Positions 1 to 10,243 of a stretch of 28,374 bases of DNA are shown piece after piece. Origin of the DNA: an uncultured archaeon (lineage in GTDB: Archaea; Asgardarchaeota; Lokiarchaeia; Sigyniarchaeales; SOKP01); contig CAZBPC010000038.1 of the NCBI GenBank assembly GCA_964493715.1, positions 1 to 28,374 on the forward strand, in the 5' to 3' direction. The first letter of the stretch is position 1. Each line of letters opens with the position of its first letter. Below the pieces are notes generated by a model, which made no database searches, was not told the DNA's origin, and saw only the letters and a program-made list of their open reading frames with translations. The position numbers and the translations under genes were made by a program.

Positions 1-1
1 G

Positions 2-103
2 AAAGGCTTATGGAAAATTATCGCTATTTGGTTGCTAACTTTTCCCGCAGCAGCCATCCTTTCTGTATTGCTCTTCTTTCCAATAAGTCTAATAGGCCTG
101 TAA
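2..103 (+). CDS. 3' end of a membrane transporter, probably PiT family inorganic phosphate transporter (partial, runs off the left edge)
   Basis: My translation of frame 2 gives KGLWKIIAIWLLTFPAAAILSVLLFFPISLIGL*. The I-x3-W-x2-T-x-P-AA helix matches the typical PiT C-terminus. Stop TAA at 101-103 is followed by a T-run. Not in the ORF track. Confidence 0.6.
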   Translation, partial: KGLWKIIAIWLLTFPAAAILSVLLFFPISLIGL

Positions 104-139
104 TTTTTTTCATAATTTTTCGGATGCAAAAATATAGTA

Positions 140-1195
140 TTGAGTCTTTTTGATATAAGAACATATAAAAAATCAGACCATTTCTATATAGGCAAATTAA
201 GTGTGTTTTATAAATTGGTAGAAAGCAAATTTTTGTCCTTTGATGGTTCATCCCTTTTATCTCACTGTTGCACCTATTATAACGCAGACTCCAAAAGAGT
301 ATGTCTAATTCCCGTAATTCATCTTGGAAATTCCACCTATTTTCAAAATTTGGTGAATTACATTGGAAATCGTCCGACTCTATTCGAAAATATGAAGTTA
401 GTAGTAAAAGATCAAAATGCACATGGTTCGATAAAAAACCTTGAAGATTATATGGAACTAAATGCTTCTAACACCGAAACTTTTTATAAAACGTACAAAA
501 AACTTCTCAATAGGTTCTATAAAAAATATTTTACTAAAGAACTGAAAGAGTTATGGAAATTAGTAAAAAGAGAAGTTGAGAATTCAGATAGTAAAATAAA
601 ACAAATTTATGAATTCAGTGAAAAAACAAGGTTCGCAGTACAAAGTTTTACCCCCATACAACTCTATTGGGCAGAAATTATGAATTTATCACATCAATTT
701 ATAGCAATTGACTATGAAAATGATATCATTAATCGCTCAAATTGGATAGTTACAGATTTGGATATTCAAAAATTGATGAAAGATGTTGATCTTAATGAAT
801 TATTTAAAGAGATTCTGACAACACCCTCTCAAAATTTATTGAATGAGGTATTAAAAGAAATTCAAATGATTTTTTCATCAATTTTAGCATGCGTAGAATT
901 AGCTAATTTACCAAACGTATCCCAAAGACGAGAAAGGTTAGCAACGTGGGTGATGGAAAGTATTTCTCAACAATATAAAATTATTGAAGAAGCAAGTCCA
1001 GAGTACATATTAAATATGCGGAATAATTTGGTTGAAAATAGAATTATAGAGACACTTGAAAAAAATGATGAAGTCATGGTTTTTTTTGGAGCGACACATA
1101 TGATTGGAATAGAAAAGTTCCTAATTGATATTGAATTTGCTTTTAAAGCCGAGGAACCCTTTAAAGTGTTTGATATTAACGAAGATGATGATTAG
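140..1195 (+). CDS. Hypothetical protein, TraB/GumN/Tiki-superfamily-like putative metalloenzyme
   Basis: 351-aa ORF with TTG start. Motifs LIPVIHLG, LFE, MRNN and VFFGATHM occur in the order and style of the H/E/N/H metal ligands of TraB/Tiki proteins. Confidence 0.5.
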   Translation: MSLFDIRTYKKSDHFYIGKLSVFYKLVESKFLSFDGSSLLSHCCTYYNADSKRVCLIPVIHLGNSTYFQNLVNYIGNRPTLFENMKLVVKDQNAHGSIKNLEDYMELNASNTETFYKTYKKLLNRFYKKYFTKELKELWKLVKREVENSDSKIKQIYEFSEKTRFAVQSFTPIQLYWAEIMNLSHQFIAIDYENDIINRSNWIVTDLDIQKLMKDVDLNELFKEILTTPSQNLLNEVLKEIQMIFSSILACVELANLPNVSQRRERLATWVMESISQQYKIIEEASPEYILNMRNNLVENRIIETLEKNDEVMVFFGATHMIGIEKFLIDIEFAFKAEEPFKVFDINEDDD

Positions 1196-1321
1196 ATAAA
1201 TTTATAGAAATGGAATTTTGAGAATGAGTGAAGTCTGAAGATTTAATTAGGAGTCAAAAAATATATTACAAAATATTCAAGCGTGGAATGTTCCCAATTT
1301 TAGAATTTATGCGATTTTACA

Positions 1322-1918
1322 TTGATTTTTTGGAATCCTGGAATATTTCCTCATTTTAATAACCATCCTTTCTATATTTCAAATTTCCCTCTATTAATTG
1401 CATGTATTGTTATCATCAGCGGATTATTTTCCATTTTGGAATATGTGATCATCTTCAAAAATCCATTTTATTACATAACATGCGTGGGATTAGTTTGCAT
1501 AACTTTCTATCCATCCACAATATCGATGATCATTTTTATTAGTTCATCGAGATGGTCCACTCTCTATGAACCGTTCAAATTCTTCGTACTTTTTGCTTTA
1601 ACTTTTGAAACTTTATATATTTTTGTTCTCATTAGAGATTTAAGCCACAATAAATATACTAAATACTACCATAAAAAATATGGATATGCATTTCGTGGTG
1701 GAACTCTATTGAACGCAACATATTATAGTACACGAGAATTTGATAAACTTGAAAAAGGAAGACAATATTGGCAAGATCAAAACCCAGAGGAAGTTCAGAA
1801 AAAGAATGAGGAATTAAGAGCTTATGAGAAAAAATTTAAGAAGAAACTCTTAATATGGTTTCAAATTGTTGCAGTATTGGGATTTAATTTCATTTTTGGT
1901 ATTTCTCTGTTAATATAA
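1322..1918 (+). CDS. Hypothetical multi-pass membrane protein (5' end uncertain, possibly frameshifted)
   Basis: 198-aa ORF with about 4 hydrophobic segments and a charged loop. A protein-like upstream frame starting at GTG 1228 may be the true N-terminus. Confidence 0.65.
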   Translation: MIFWNPGIFPHFNNHPFYISNFPLLIACIVIISGLFSILEYVIIFKNPFYYITCVGLVCITFYPSTISMIIFISSSRWSTLYEPFKFFVLFALTFETLYIFVLIRDLSHNKYTKYYHKKYGYAFRGGTLLNATYYSTREFDKLEKGRQYWQDQNPEEVQKKNEELRAYEKKFKKKLLIWFQIVAVLGFNFIFGISLLI

Positions 1919-2016
1919 ATAAATTGAAATTAATAAATTCTAAATAAAGTCTAAGAGATCAAAAAGTTTTTAAAACAACCATCTAAATTTTTATAAAACG
2001 AATAAATGAAAAATAA

Positions 2017-2040
2017 GGTTATCTCCTAAAAAAGATAACC
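2017..2040. repeat. Perfect 8-bp inverted repeat (GGTTATCT-8 nt-AGATAACC), possible regulator site or hairpin
   Basis: Read directly: ggttatct 2017-2024 and its reverse complement agataacc 2033-2040, about 50 nt upstream of the small zinc-ribbon ORF. Confidence 0.5.
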
Positions 2041-2090
2041 CCCCAAAGAATTACAGTTAAATAAAAAATAGAAAAGAGTGGAGGAAACAA

Positions 2091-2225
2091 ATGGGAATAG
2101 AATGTCCAAAGTGTAAAGGAAATTTTTCTGCGTTTACAACTGAGAGTAAGCCTAAAATAAAAACAACCTGTCCTTTTTGCAAATATAAGTTTAAAATCCC
2201 GAATCCTAATTATAGCACCAAGTAA
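2091..2225 (+). CDS. Small zinc-ribbon protein (44 aa)
   Basis: My translation: MGIECPKCKGNFSAFTTESKPKIKTTCPFCKYKFKIPNPNYSTK*. It has two CxxC knuckles and a GGAGG Shine-Dalgarno at 2080-2084. Below the ORF-track length cutoff. Confidence 0.8.
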   Translation: MGIECPKCKGNFSAFTTESKPKIKTTCPFCKYKFKIPNPNYSTK

Positions 2226-2517
2226 TAAATAGAATTAGATTTTTAAATCTTTTGGAATTAACACCAAAGAACTGTGCTAAATTATAAATCTACATTAAAT
2301 ATCTAATAAATATAACCAAAATCTTATTTTTTATAATCTGTGGAAGCTTTAAGGCAGCAAACGAACGATTTATTGTTAAATGGGGATGAGCTACTAAACA
2401 ATATGGAATTTTTTTCCTCTTTTTATGAAGATTTATCACCTATTATTTTGTGTTCAATAAGGTTTTTATACACTTCGGTGATAAAATCCAATAAGGAAAA
2501 TACTGTAGATCTTTTTA

Positions 2518-3897
<1,380 letters not shown>

Positions 3898-4052
3898 TTA
3901 TTCACTAAAACTTTCTTTCTGAGATCTATAAATATATCGGTCTTGAAAAAGATTCTTATGAACTGCTTCCCATCAATTTCCCATTCAACTGTAATGTAAC
4001 TGATTTATTACTTTCGGGTAAAGAAAAGAGATATAAAGGCAAATATAAAGAA

Positions 4053-4877
4053 TTAGTCCTTCTTTTTATGTGCTTTTATTGAAAAAATCATCGGGACAGA
4101 ATGTTTTAAAGTCTGAAATTCCCAATATTTATCGTCCCTTTGTTTCATATCAGGATGAATCTGAAAAAAACTAAATGGAAATTCGTGGAGAAATTCTAAT
4201 TCAAAATTAACTTTCAATAACGAATTAATAATGTCTCCCATTGAGTGAAACCAATCGTAGGTTTCATAATTTTGCAATTTTATATTGGGATCGACGTATG
4301 ACCCATCATCTCCATCAAATAGATAAGGCTCTCCATTATTAAAGTAATCATAACCCACCTGAAAAGCACTGACATACTTTTCGTCGATAAGATTACCAAA
4401 AGGATGGTTATCAGTAATGTAAAAAGTACCACCGGGTTTCAAACAATAATCGATTATTTCCGCCCATTTATATAAATTAGGTAGCCAACAAATGGTGCCA
4501 TTAGACGTGAAAACAATATCAAATTTTTCGTCTAATAAATCTGGTATCTCATATATATTTGTCTTAATAAACTTAGCAGGAATTTTTAATTCTTCACTTA
4601 ATTGACGAGCAAGCTTAATAGCTTCTTCTGAAAAATCAACTCCGGTTACCCTCGCTCCGAGTCTAGCAAAAGAAAGGGAATCCATTCCAAAATGACATTG
4701 TAGGTGTAGGAGTGTTTTACCATCTACATTTCCTATTTCTTCTCTTTCGATTGGAAATAAAGAAGATTTACCCGATCTAAATCCATCCAAGTCATAAAAT
4801 TTGGATCTTGCATTAATCTCAACTAATTCATTCCATCTTTTTAAATTAGTTTTAAAATATTTTTCATTATCTTTCAT
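4053..4877 (-). CDS. Class I SAM-dependent methyltransferase
   Basis: Motif I LLHLQCHFGMD, then GVDFS, FDIVFTS and LKPGGTF. Confidence 0.9.
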   Translation of the reverse strand: MKDNEKYFKTNLKRWNELVEINARSKFYDLDGFRSGKSSLFPIEREEIGNVDGKTLLHLQCHFGMDSLSFARLGARVTGVDFSEEAIKLARQLSEELKIPAKFIKTNIYEIPDLLDEKFDIVFTSNGTICWLPNLYKWAEIIDYCLKPGGTFYITDNHPFGNLIDEKYVSAFQVGYDYFNNGEPYLFDGDDGSYVDPNIKLQNYETYDWFHSMGDIINSLLKVNFELEFLHEFPFSFFQIHPDMKQRDDKYWEFQTLKHSVPMIFSIKAHKKKD

Positions 4878-4944
4878 TTGGTAACACCGATTTATATTTA
4901 AAAATTTATAAGGAGATTAATAATAATTACAATAAAATCGTTAT

Positions 4945-5370
4945 TTAGAATCGAAATATCTGTAATTTGTTTCTTGAATCTACAACTCCCATTAATAAGC
5001 TATTTAACACGTGAAGATCGGTAAAATTAAAAGAGCTATTCTTAGCAACGATACAATTTTCCAATTTAAAGTTCTCTCCAATTTTTACATTCTCATAAAT
5101 TATAGTATTTGATATTTCAACGTAATCGGCAATTTCTGAATTAGCACCAATGTATACATTCGGTCCTATAAGAACATCATCTCCTATCTTAACGTTGTCT
5201 TCTAAATAGACGGGTTCAATAAAAGTTGGGTAATCTCCAATATAGTTATCCACCCGATTCCTTAATTTAGCGAAGAAGGTTCCCATTAATTCTTGAATGT
5301 TTGATAATTCGATTTTTTTAGGGTTTACTATATTTTCTTCAATCTTGGTCAGTTCTTCCTTCATATTCAA
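4945..5370 (-). CDS. Stand-alone left-handed beta-helix (hexapeptide repeat) protein, similar to the C-terminal domain of NDP-sugar pyrophosphorylases
   Basis: Hexapeptide repeats PVYLEDNVKIGDDVLIGPNVYIGANSEI...NTIIYENVKIG. No N-terminal nucleotidyltransferase domain. Confidence 0.8.
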   Translation of the reverse strand: MNMKEELTKIEENIVNPKKIELSNIQELMGTFFAKLRNRVDNYIGDYPTFIEPVYLEDNVKIGDDVLIGPNVYIGANSEIADYVEISNTIIYENVKIGENFKLENCIVAKNSSFNFTDLHVLNSLLMGVVDSRNKLQIFRF

Positions 5371-5399
5371 CCACCGTTTTATTATATTACTTTTAATCT

Positions 5400-6125
5400 T
5401 TAAAAACCCAATAATTCCATTAATTTATCCATGTTCTCCCCAGTTTTTGCACTGGTTGTAATAACCTCTATTTCCGGGTTAAAATTTTTAGCGTCAGCAA
5501 TCATTTTCTCAACATTCGTTCCCAAACGTTCTTTTAGATCGATCTTATTTATAACCGCGATATCTGACATTTTAAAAAGCATTGGATGTTTTTCAATCAC
5601 CCATTCACCTTCTGTGATAGAAACTACGGTTATCCTTTTATCAGTTCCTAAAATAAACTCCGAGGGACATATTAAATTTCCTACATTTTCAATGAAGATT
5701 ATATCATAATTCTTCAAATCCTTGTTTTTAATTATTTGGTGTATGTGATAAGCATTTAGTGCGCATTCTCTACCCGTGTTGATCTGAATCGTATCAACAT
5801 TATGCTTTCCTATACGATCGGCATCTATTCGAGTAGTAATATCTCCACAAATGACCAAAATCCGATATTTTGGAGTTAACTTTTCAGCTATCTTTTCTAA
5901 TAGAGCAGTTTTTCCAGCTCCTATAGCCCCAACGATATCAAAAGATTTGATGTTATTTTCTAAAAAATTTTGATGAACTTTATCAGCTAATAAATTGTTA
6001 TCTTTTTTAACTGCTTTTTTAGTCTCAATTACTTCGTCTCTTATATCATCTCGAGCTAAATTGGTACTTTCGACTTCTTTAATTCTTGAGATTTCCCTTT
6101 CTTCTTTATCTGACATGAAGAACAC
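5400..6125 (-). CDS. hypB: Hydrogenase nickel-incorporation GTPase HypB
   Basis: P-loop GAIGAGKT, GD...DADRI, QINTGREC, IENVGNLICP, SITEG, INKID and SAKTG. The true start may be the internal ATG (MSDKEE). Confidence 0.92.
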   Translation of the reverse strand: MFFMSDKEEREISRIKEVESTNLARDDIRDEVIETKKAVKKDNNLLADKVHQNFLENNIKSFDIVGAIGAGKTALLEKIAEKLTPKYRILVICGDITTRIDADRIGKHNVDTIQINTGRECALNAYHIHQIIKNKDLKNYDIIFIENVGNLICPSEFILGTDKRITVVSITEGEWVIEKHPMLFKMSDIAVINKIDLKERLGTNVEKMIADAKNFNPEIEVITTSAKTGENMDKLMELLGF

Positions 6126-6205
6126 GTATTTGATTTTATTCTATTAATATTTGAAGGAATTTCAATTTTGCGATTTAGGGGAATTTCCATAATAACGCGA
6201 GTCTC

Positions 6206-7126
6206 TTACTTTGAATATTTTAATGTGATATAATTAGCAATTAGAACAAAGGAACCTCCTATAATAGTGAATATAGAAAGATTTTTTAAAAAAATGGCAG
6301 TATTAATTGTTGCCATAACAGGTTCAAAATACGATAAAATTATTATATTTCCTCCTTTATCTTTTTTCACTCCGACGTTATATAATGTAAATGCTAATGC
6401 AGTGGGAATAAGCCCTAGCAATAAAATGTAAATAAAATCCAAAGTTGTTATTCTAAATAAATCTGAAATACTTAATGGTAAAAATGGAATAAATAAGAAT
6501 AATGTTGACCATAATGTTAAAAAAGCATCAAAATTACCTTTCGTATTCAGTGATTGAATTTCATTTCTAATTTTATAAATTTTTTTTTTGGATAAAATCA
6601 TTACACCAAGGAAGAAGCCTGAAAAAAGTCCAATAACTAATCCCAATATTAAAACATGACCTGTCCAAAATTCCATTATAATAGATATCCCCACGATTGC
6701 TAAAATAAAACTAATGAAGTTAATTTTTGAAACTACCTCTTCTTTCGTTAATACTAAAAAGACTAACAGAAAAATTCCACTAGTATATAATAAAAAAGCT
6801 GCAAAAGCGTAACCAGTGAGTGTTATATTCCAAAAGTAAAGAAACACTACTAATGGGTTAGTTATTGCTATTATTATTAAATTTTTCCAGTGCATCTTGA
6901 AACACTGTTTAAAGAAAGCAATGGAAAAAGATCTTGTTATTATCATGAATAAAATTAGAAAACCCGCACCAAAAATTCCTCTGAACAAGACTATTGAGTA
7001 AATTGGATATCCACTTAGTAAAGAAATAAATATCCCCACATTTCCCATAAAGATTCCTGATAAAAACATACTTATTTTGGAAACAATGGGATTGAAACGA
7101 GCATTATCTAATTCCTCTATGGTCAT
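6206..7126 (-). CDS. DMT/EamA family transporter
   Basis: About 10 hydrophobic helices in two repeats, with LFRG, LLYT...F, LGLIPTALAFTLYNVG and YFEPV motifs. Confidence 0.88.
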   Translation of the reverse strand: MTIEELDNARFNPIVSKISMFLSGIFMGNVGIFISLLSGYPIYSIVLFRGIFGAGFLILFMIITRSFSIAFFKQCFKMHWKNLIIIAITNPLVVFLYFWNITLTGYAFAAFLLYTSGIFLLVFLVLTKEEVVSKINFISFILAIVGISIIMEFWTGHVLILGLVIGLFSGFFLGVMILSKKKIYKIRNEIQSLNTKGNFDAFLTLWSTLFLFIPFLPLSISDLFRITTLDFIYILLLGLIPTALAFTLYNVGVKKDKGGNIIILSYFEPVMATINTAIFLKNLSIFTIIGGSFVLIANYITLKYSK

Positions 7127-7289
7127 TGAATTGTAGAAGGAATCATGGTTTTAATTCTATTGGAATTGAATATTTCATAATCAATAGGCATATGATAAGT
7201 TGTCATCGATATGAATAAGAAATTTTTAGCAACAAAAGAAGAAATAGTATCTGGTATTTATTTAATAAATGATCTTGGAATTTAATAGA

Positions 7290-8567
7290 TCAATCTACTT
7301 TAGCACCACAAATAGGACATGCTCCTCTATTTCTGACCGTTGCCCCACAAATTTGACATAGTTTTATCGTTTTTTTCTTAGGAGGTCTGAGTGATGTAAT
7401 TGAAATTGGCTCTTTTGATGATTGTGGAATTTCATTACTATTTAAAGTTGTTTTAATTTCAATCTCATGACCGAAATAACCCCCTATCTTAACTTTTTTT
7501 ATAATTACTGGTTCTGTTGATTCTGTTGAGTATTCTGTTTCCTGTTGAGTAATAGGATTATTAAAGCCTTCAAATTCCTCCACATCTTCCACGATTTCAT
7601 TTTCTAATTCAAGTACCTCATCTTCAAATTCTAGTTCTTCAAATACTTCCTCATTATCTTCTTGAAAGATTAACTCTACGAATTCCTCATCTAATTTTAG
7701 GAGTGTATCACATTTAATACATCTAAATATGTGCTTGAATCCAATATTATTTGTAATAGAGTATTTTGCTGCACAACATAAATGATATTTTGCGTCACAA
7801 TTATAGCATTTATGAATTTCATCAGAATGTGCTTCACATATTGGACATAATTCTTGATTGCAAATGGTACATAATTCTTCATCTTCAGGATCTAGTGTTA
7901 TTAGATCCACTGCTAATTTTTCATAAAAAAGTTTGTCTTCATCAAGAAATTGATCATCTTCTTCAGGAAGGATGACAGAAAATTCTGTTTTATTTTGCAA
8001 AAGAGAGTTAAGGATATCTGGTAATAGTTTTGGATCGTTACAATAAAATACTCCACCTTGCGTTTCAGAAGTCATTACTTTAAGTTTAACATCATCAGTG
8101 AAAAATTTAGCATCTCCTACCCGAATAATATCAATAAAAGTGTCAAAAAATTTCGCTTTTAGTAGTAAATCATATAATGCGTGATGATATTCTTCGGGTA
8201 GTCCACTGGGGGTGTCAGAAAACACAATGACACGATAATTCTTACGCTTTTCTTTACTTTTGGTAAAAATATATGCTAGTGCTTCAAATAAACCATTTTC
8301 TAAGAAACTCGTATCATTTTCTCTTGACTCCCACTTGTCGTTAATAACTTTAGTAATTAATTCGGTATCAGGTTGATCATAAATCGTAATTAAGTTTTCC
8401 TTTTTTTGAAACATGATGAGTCCATATGTGCTTACACTGTGAAATTTTTCTTTTTCTTTTTCAAATCCAGTTATACTCTTCAATAAATTCTTTTTCTTTA
8501 TGAAATCTTTTGATAAATCAAGATAAAAGATAAATTCTTCAGAGTTCACAGATAATTGTTTAAACAT
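7290..8567 (-). CDS. vWA domain + RING/PHD-like zinc finger + C-terminal zinc ribbon protein (paralog A)
   Basis: N-terminal beta/alpha vWA pattern (FIFYLDLS, YGLIMF, YRVIVFSD, IDIIRVG, ETQGGVFY). Cys/His cluster CTIC-x4-CPIC-x9-CYNC-x4-HLCC-x17-CIKC, then an acidic linker and C-terminal CQICG...CPICG. Confidence 0.75.
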   Translation of the reverse strand: MFKQLSVNSEEFIFYLDLSKDFIKKKNLLKSITGFEKEKEKFHSVSTYGLIMFQKKENLITIYDQPDTELITKVINDKWESRENDTSFLENGLFEALAYIFTKSKEKRKNYRVIVFSDTPSGLPEEYHHALYDLLLKAKFFDTFIDIIRVGDAKFFTDDVKLKVMTSETQGGVFYCNDPKLLPDILNSLLQNKTEFSVILPEEDDQFLDEDKLFYEKLAVDLITLDPEDEELCTICNQELCPICEAHSDEIHKCYNCDAKYHLCCAAKYSITNNIGFKHIFRCIKCDTLLKLDEEFVELIFQEDNEEVFEELEFEDEVLELENEIVEDVEEFEGFNNPITQQETEYSTESTEPVIIKKVKIGGYFGHEIEIKTTLNSNEIPQSSKEPISITSLRPPKKKTIKLCQICGATVRNRGACPICGAKVD

Positions 8568-8723
8568 GAGAGCATCAAGAAAAAACCAAGAATTCTATTA
8601 ATTTAATATTAAATCATTCAGAATTTAACTACTAATGAAACTAGTTTTATTTAAAAATATCTTTTACCAAGATATATAATTTTATTTCAGAAATTAAATT
8701 TTTAATTTAATAGATAAAATTAT

Positions 8724-10091
8724 TTATAACTTAGTGCCACAATATGGACAAAATACATGATCCTTTTCATTTAACTGTTTTCCACAATTTGGGCAAATAA
8801 AAAAAGGAGATGCTTTTCTTTCAGAATTAGGGTTCCAGATCTTAGTTTGAGAAGAATCTTCCGGTTCCTTACTTTCCTCATTCGAGAATGGAGTATTAGA
8901 GATTGAAGTTCGTTCTACCCTAGATACTCTTTCATAGACAAGATTGCCCCCCTCTCTTCTTACTTTATACATTTTGCCAAAAAACCCACCAATGTGAATT
9001 ATTTTATCTCCTGAATTGGTTCCAAATGCTTGGTTTTCTTGAACGTTATTATAAAACTCATTTTCCGTTTCTTCAATCTCATCTACTTCATATTCCATTT
9101 CATCATAACTATCATCTTCATTCACATAACCTTCTTCTTTATACTCAAAATTATCAATGTAATCTTCAATAGATGCGATTTCAGGATTTCCTGATTGTAC
9201 AATCTCATCTTGATCGATTTGCAAGAGAACATCACATTTTGGACAACGAAAAATATGAGGAATACCAATATTATGATCGATCGTATAATTTGTAACGCAA
9301 CATTTATGAAAAGGATTTCCACAATCCGGGCACATTAGTGGAATGTCGTTTAAATCTGCACAAACAGGACATGCTTCATCATCACAAATTTGGCATTTAA
9401 TTTCTGTTTTATCTCGGGGGGAAGGGATTAGGTTTTTTGCTAGTCGAGAATAAAAATCATAGTCTTCTTTTTTGATCGAAATTTTCGGGGATTGGTTTGC
9501 ATAAATGCTCACATATTGTTTCATCTTAATAAGCTTTTCCATAGTTTTAAAAAAATCTCGCTTATCATTGATATAAAAGATACTTCCTTTAGTATCACTT
9601 GCGAGAACATTCAATTTAACATCATCTTTAAAAAATCGAGATTCAACCTGTGAAATTCGGATAATGTCAATGTAAGTCGGAAAATTCTTTATTTTTGATA
9701 CTAAATTGAACAAAACATCCGTATAATCTTCAGATAAATCACTTGGAGTATCTGTTATAATAATAATACGATAAGTTTTGGATTTCTTACGGATTTTTTC
9801 TGTTAAGAAAGAGAATACATAGAAAAGACCATTCTCGAAAAATGATTGATTCTTTGGTCTTGATTTCCAATTCTCTTCTATTGCATTAATAATTATATTT
9901 GAATCTTTCTTATCCGTAATAAAAATCGGATTTCCTTCTTCTTGAAAGATTAATAATCCGTAGTGACCCTTCAAATTTACTTTATTTTTTTCCGTGATGT
10001 AATGTTTTATTGTTTTAATTATATCTTTCTTCTTCAGGATCTCCTTGGTTAAATCTAAATAAATGAATACATCTTCATAAGATGAGATCAT
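8724..10091 (-). CDS. vWA domain + RING/PHD-like zinc finger + C-terminal zinc ribbon protein (paralog B)
   Basis: Collinear with 7290-8567: VFIYLDLT, YGLLIF, SFFENGLF, YRIIIITDTPS, IDIIRIS, FFKDDVKL. Finger CQIC-x4-CPVC-x9-CPDC-x4-HKCC-x17-CPKC; C-terminal CPNCG...CPYCG. Confidence 0.75.
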   Translation of the reverse strand: MISSYEDVFIYLDLTKEILKKKDIIKTIKHYITEKNKVNLKGHYGLLIFQEEGNPIFITDKKDSNIIINAIEENWKSRPKNQSFFENGLFYVFSFLTEKIRKKSKTYRIIIITDTPSDLSEDYTDVLFNLVSKIKNFPTYIDIIRISQVESRFFKDDVKLNVLASDTKGSIFYINDKRDFFKTMEKLIKMKQYVSIYANQSPKISIKKEDYDFYSRLAKNLIPSPRDKTEIKCQICDDEACPVCADLNDIPLMCPDCGNPFHKCCVTNYTIDHNIGIPHIFRCPKCDVLLQIDQDEIVQSGNPEIASIEDYIDNFEYKEEGYVNEDDSYDEMEYEVDEIEETENEFYNNVQENQAFGTNSGDKIIHIGGFFGKMYKVRREGGNLVYERVSRVERTSISNTPFSNEESKEPEDSSQTKIWNPNSERKASPFFICPNCGKQLNEKDHVFCPYCGTKL

Positions 10092-10243
10092 TACCTTTAC
10101 ACCCTTCTTACCGTTCTTTAGTTAAAGATGATTATTCATAAAATATTAGTTATCTATCTAAATGAAAACAATAAATATTTATTTTACTATGAATTAAAAA
10201 TGAAAAGAGAGCCGAAGAAATCACAAATATTAGGTAGTTTAAG

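Noticed and set aside
24-422. 132-aa minus-strand ORF
   Set aside because: Antisense to the better supported 140-1195 CDS and the PiT-like 3' end, with no motifs.
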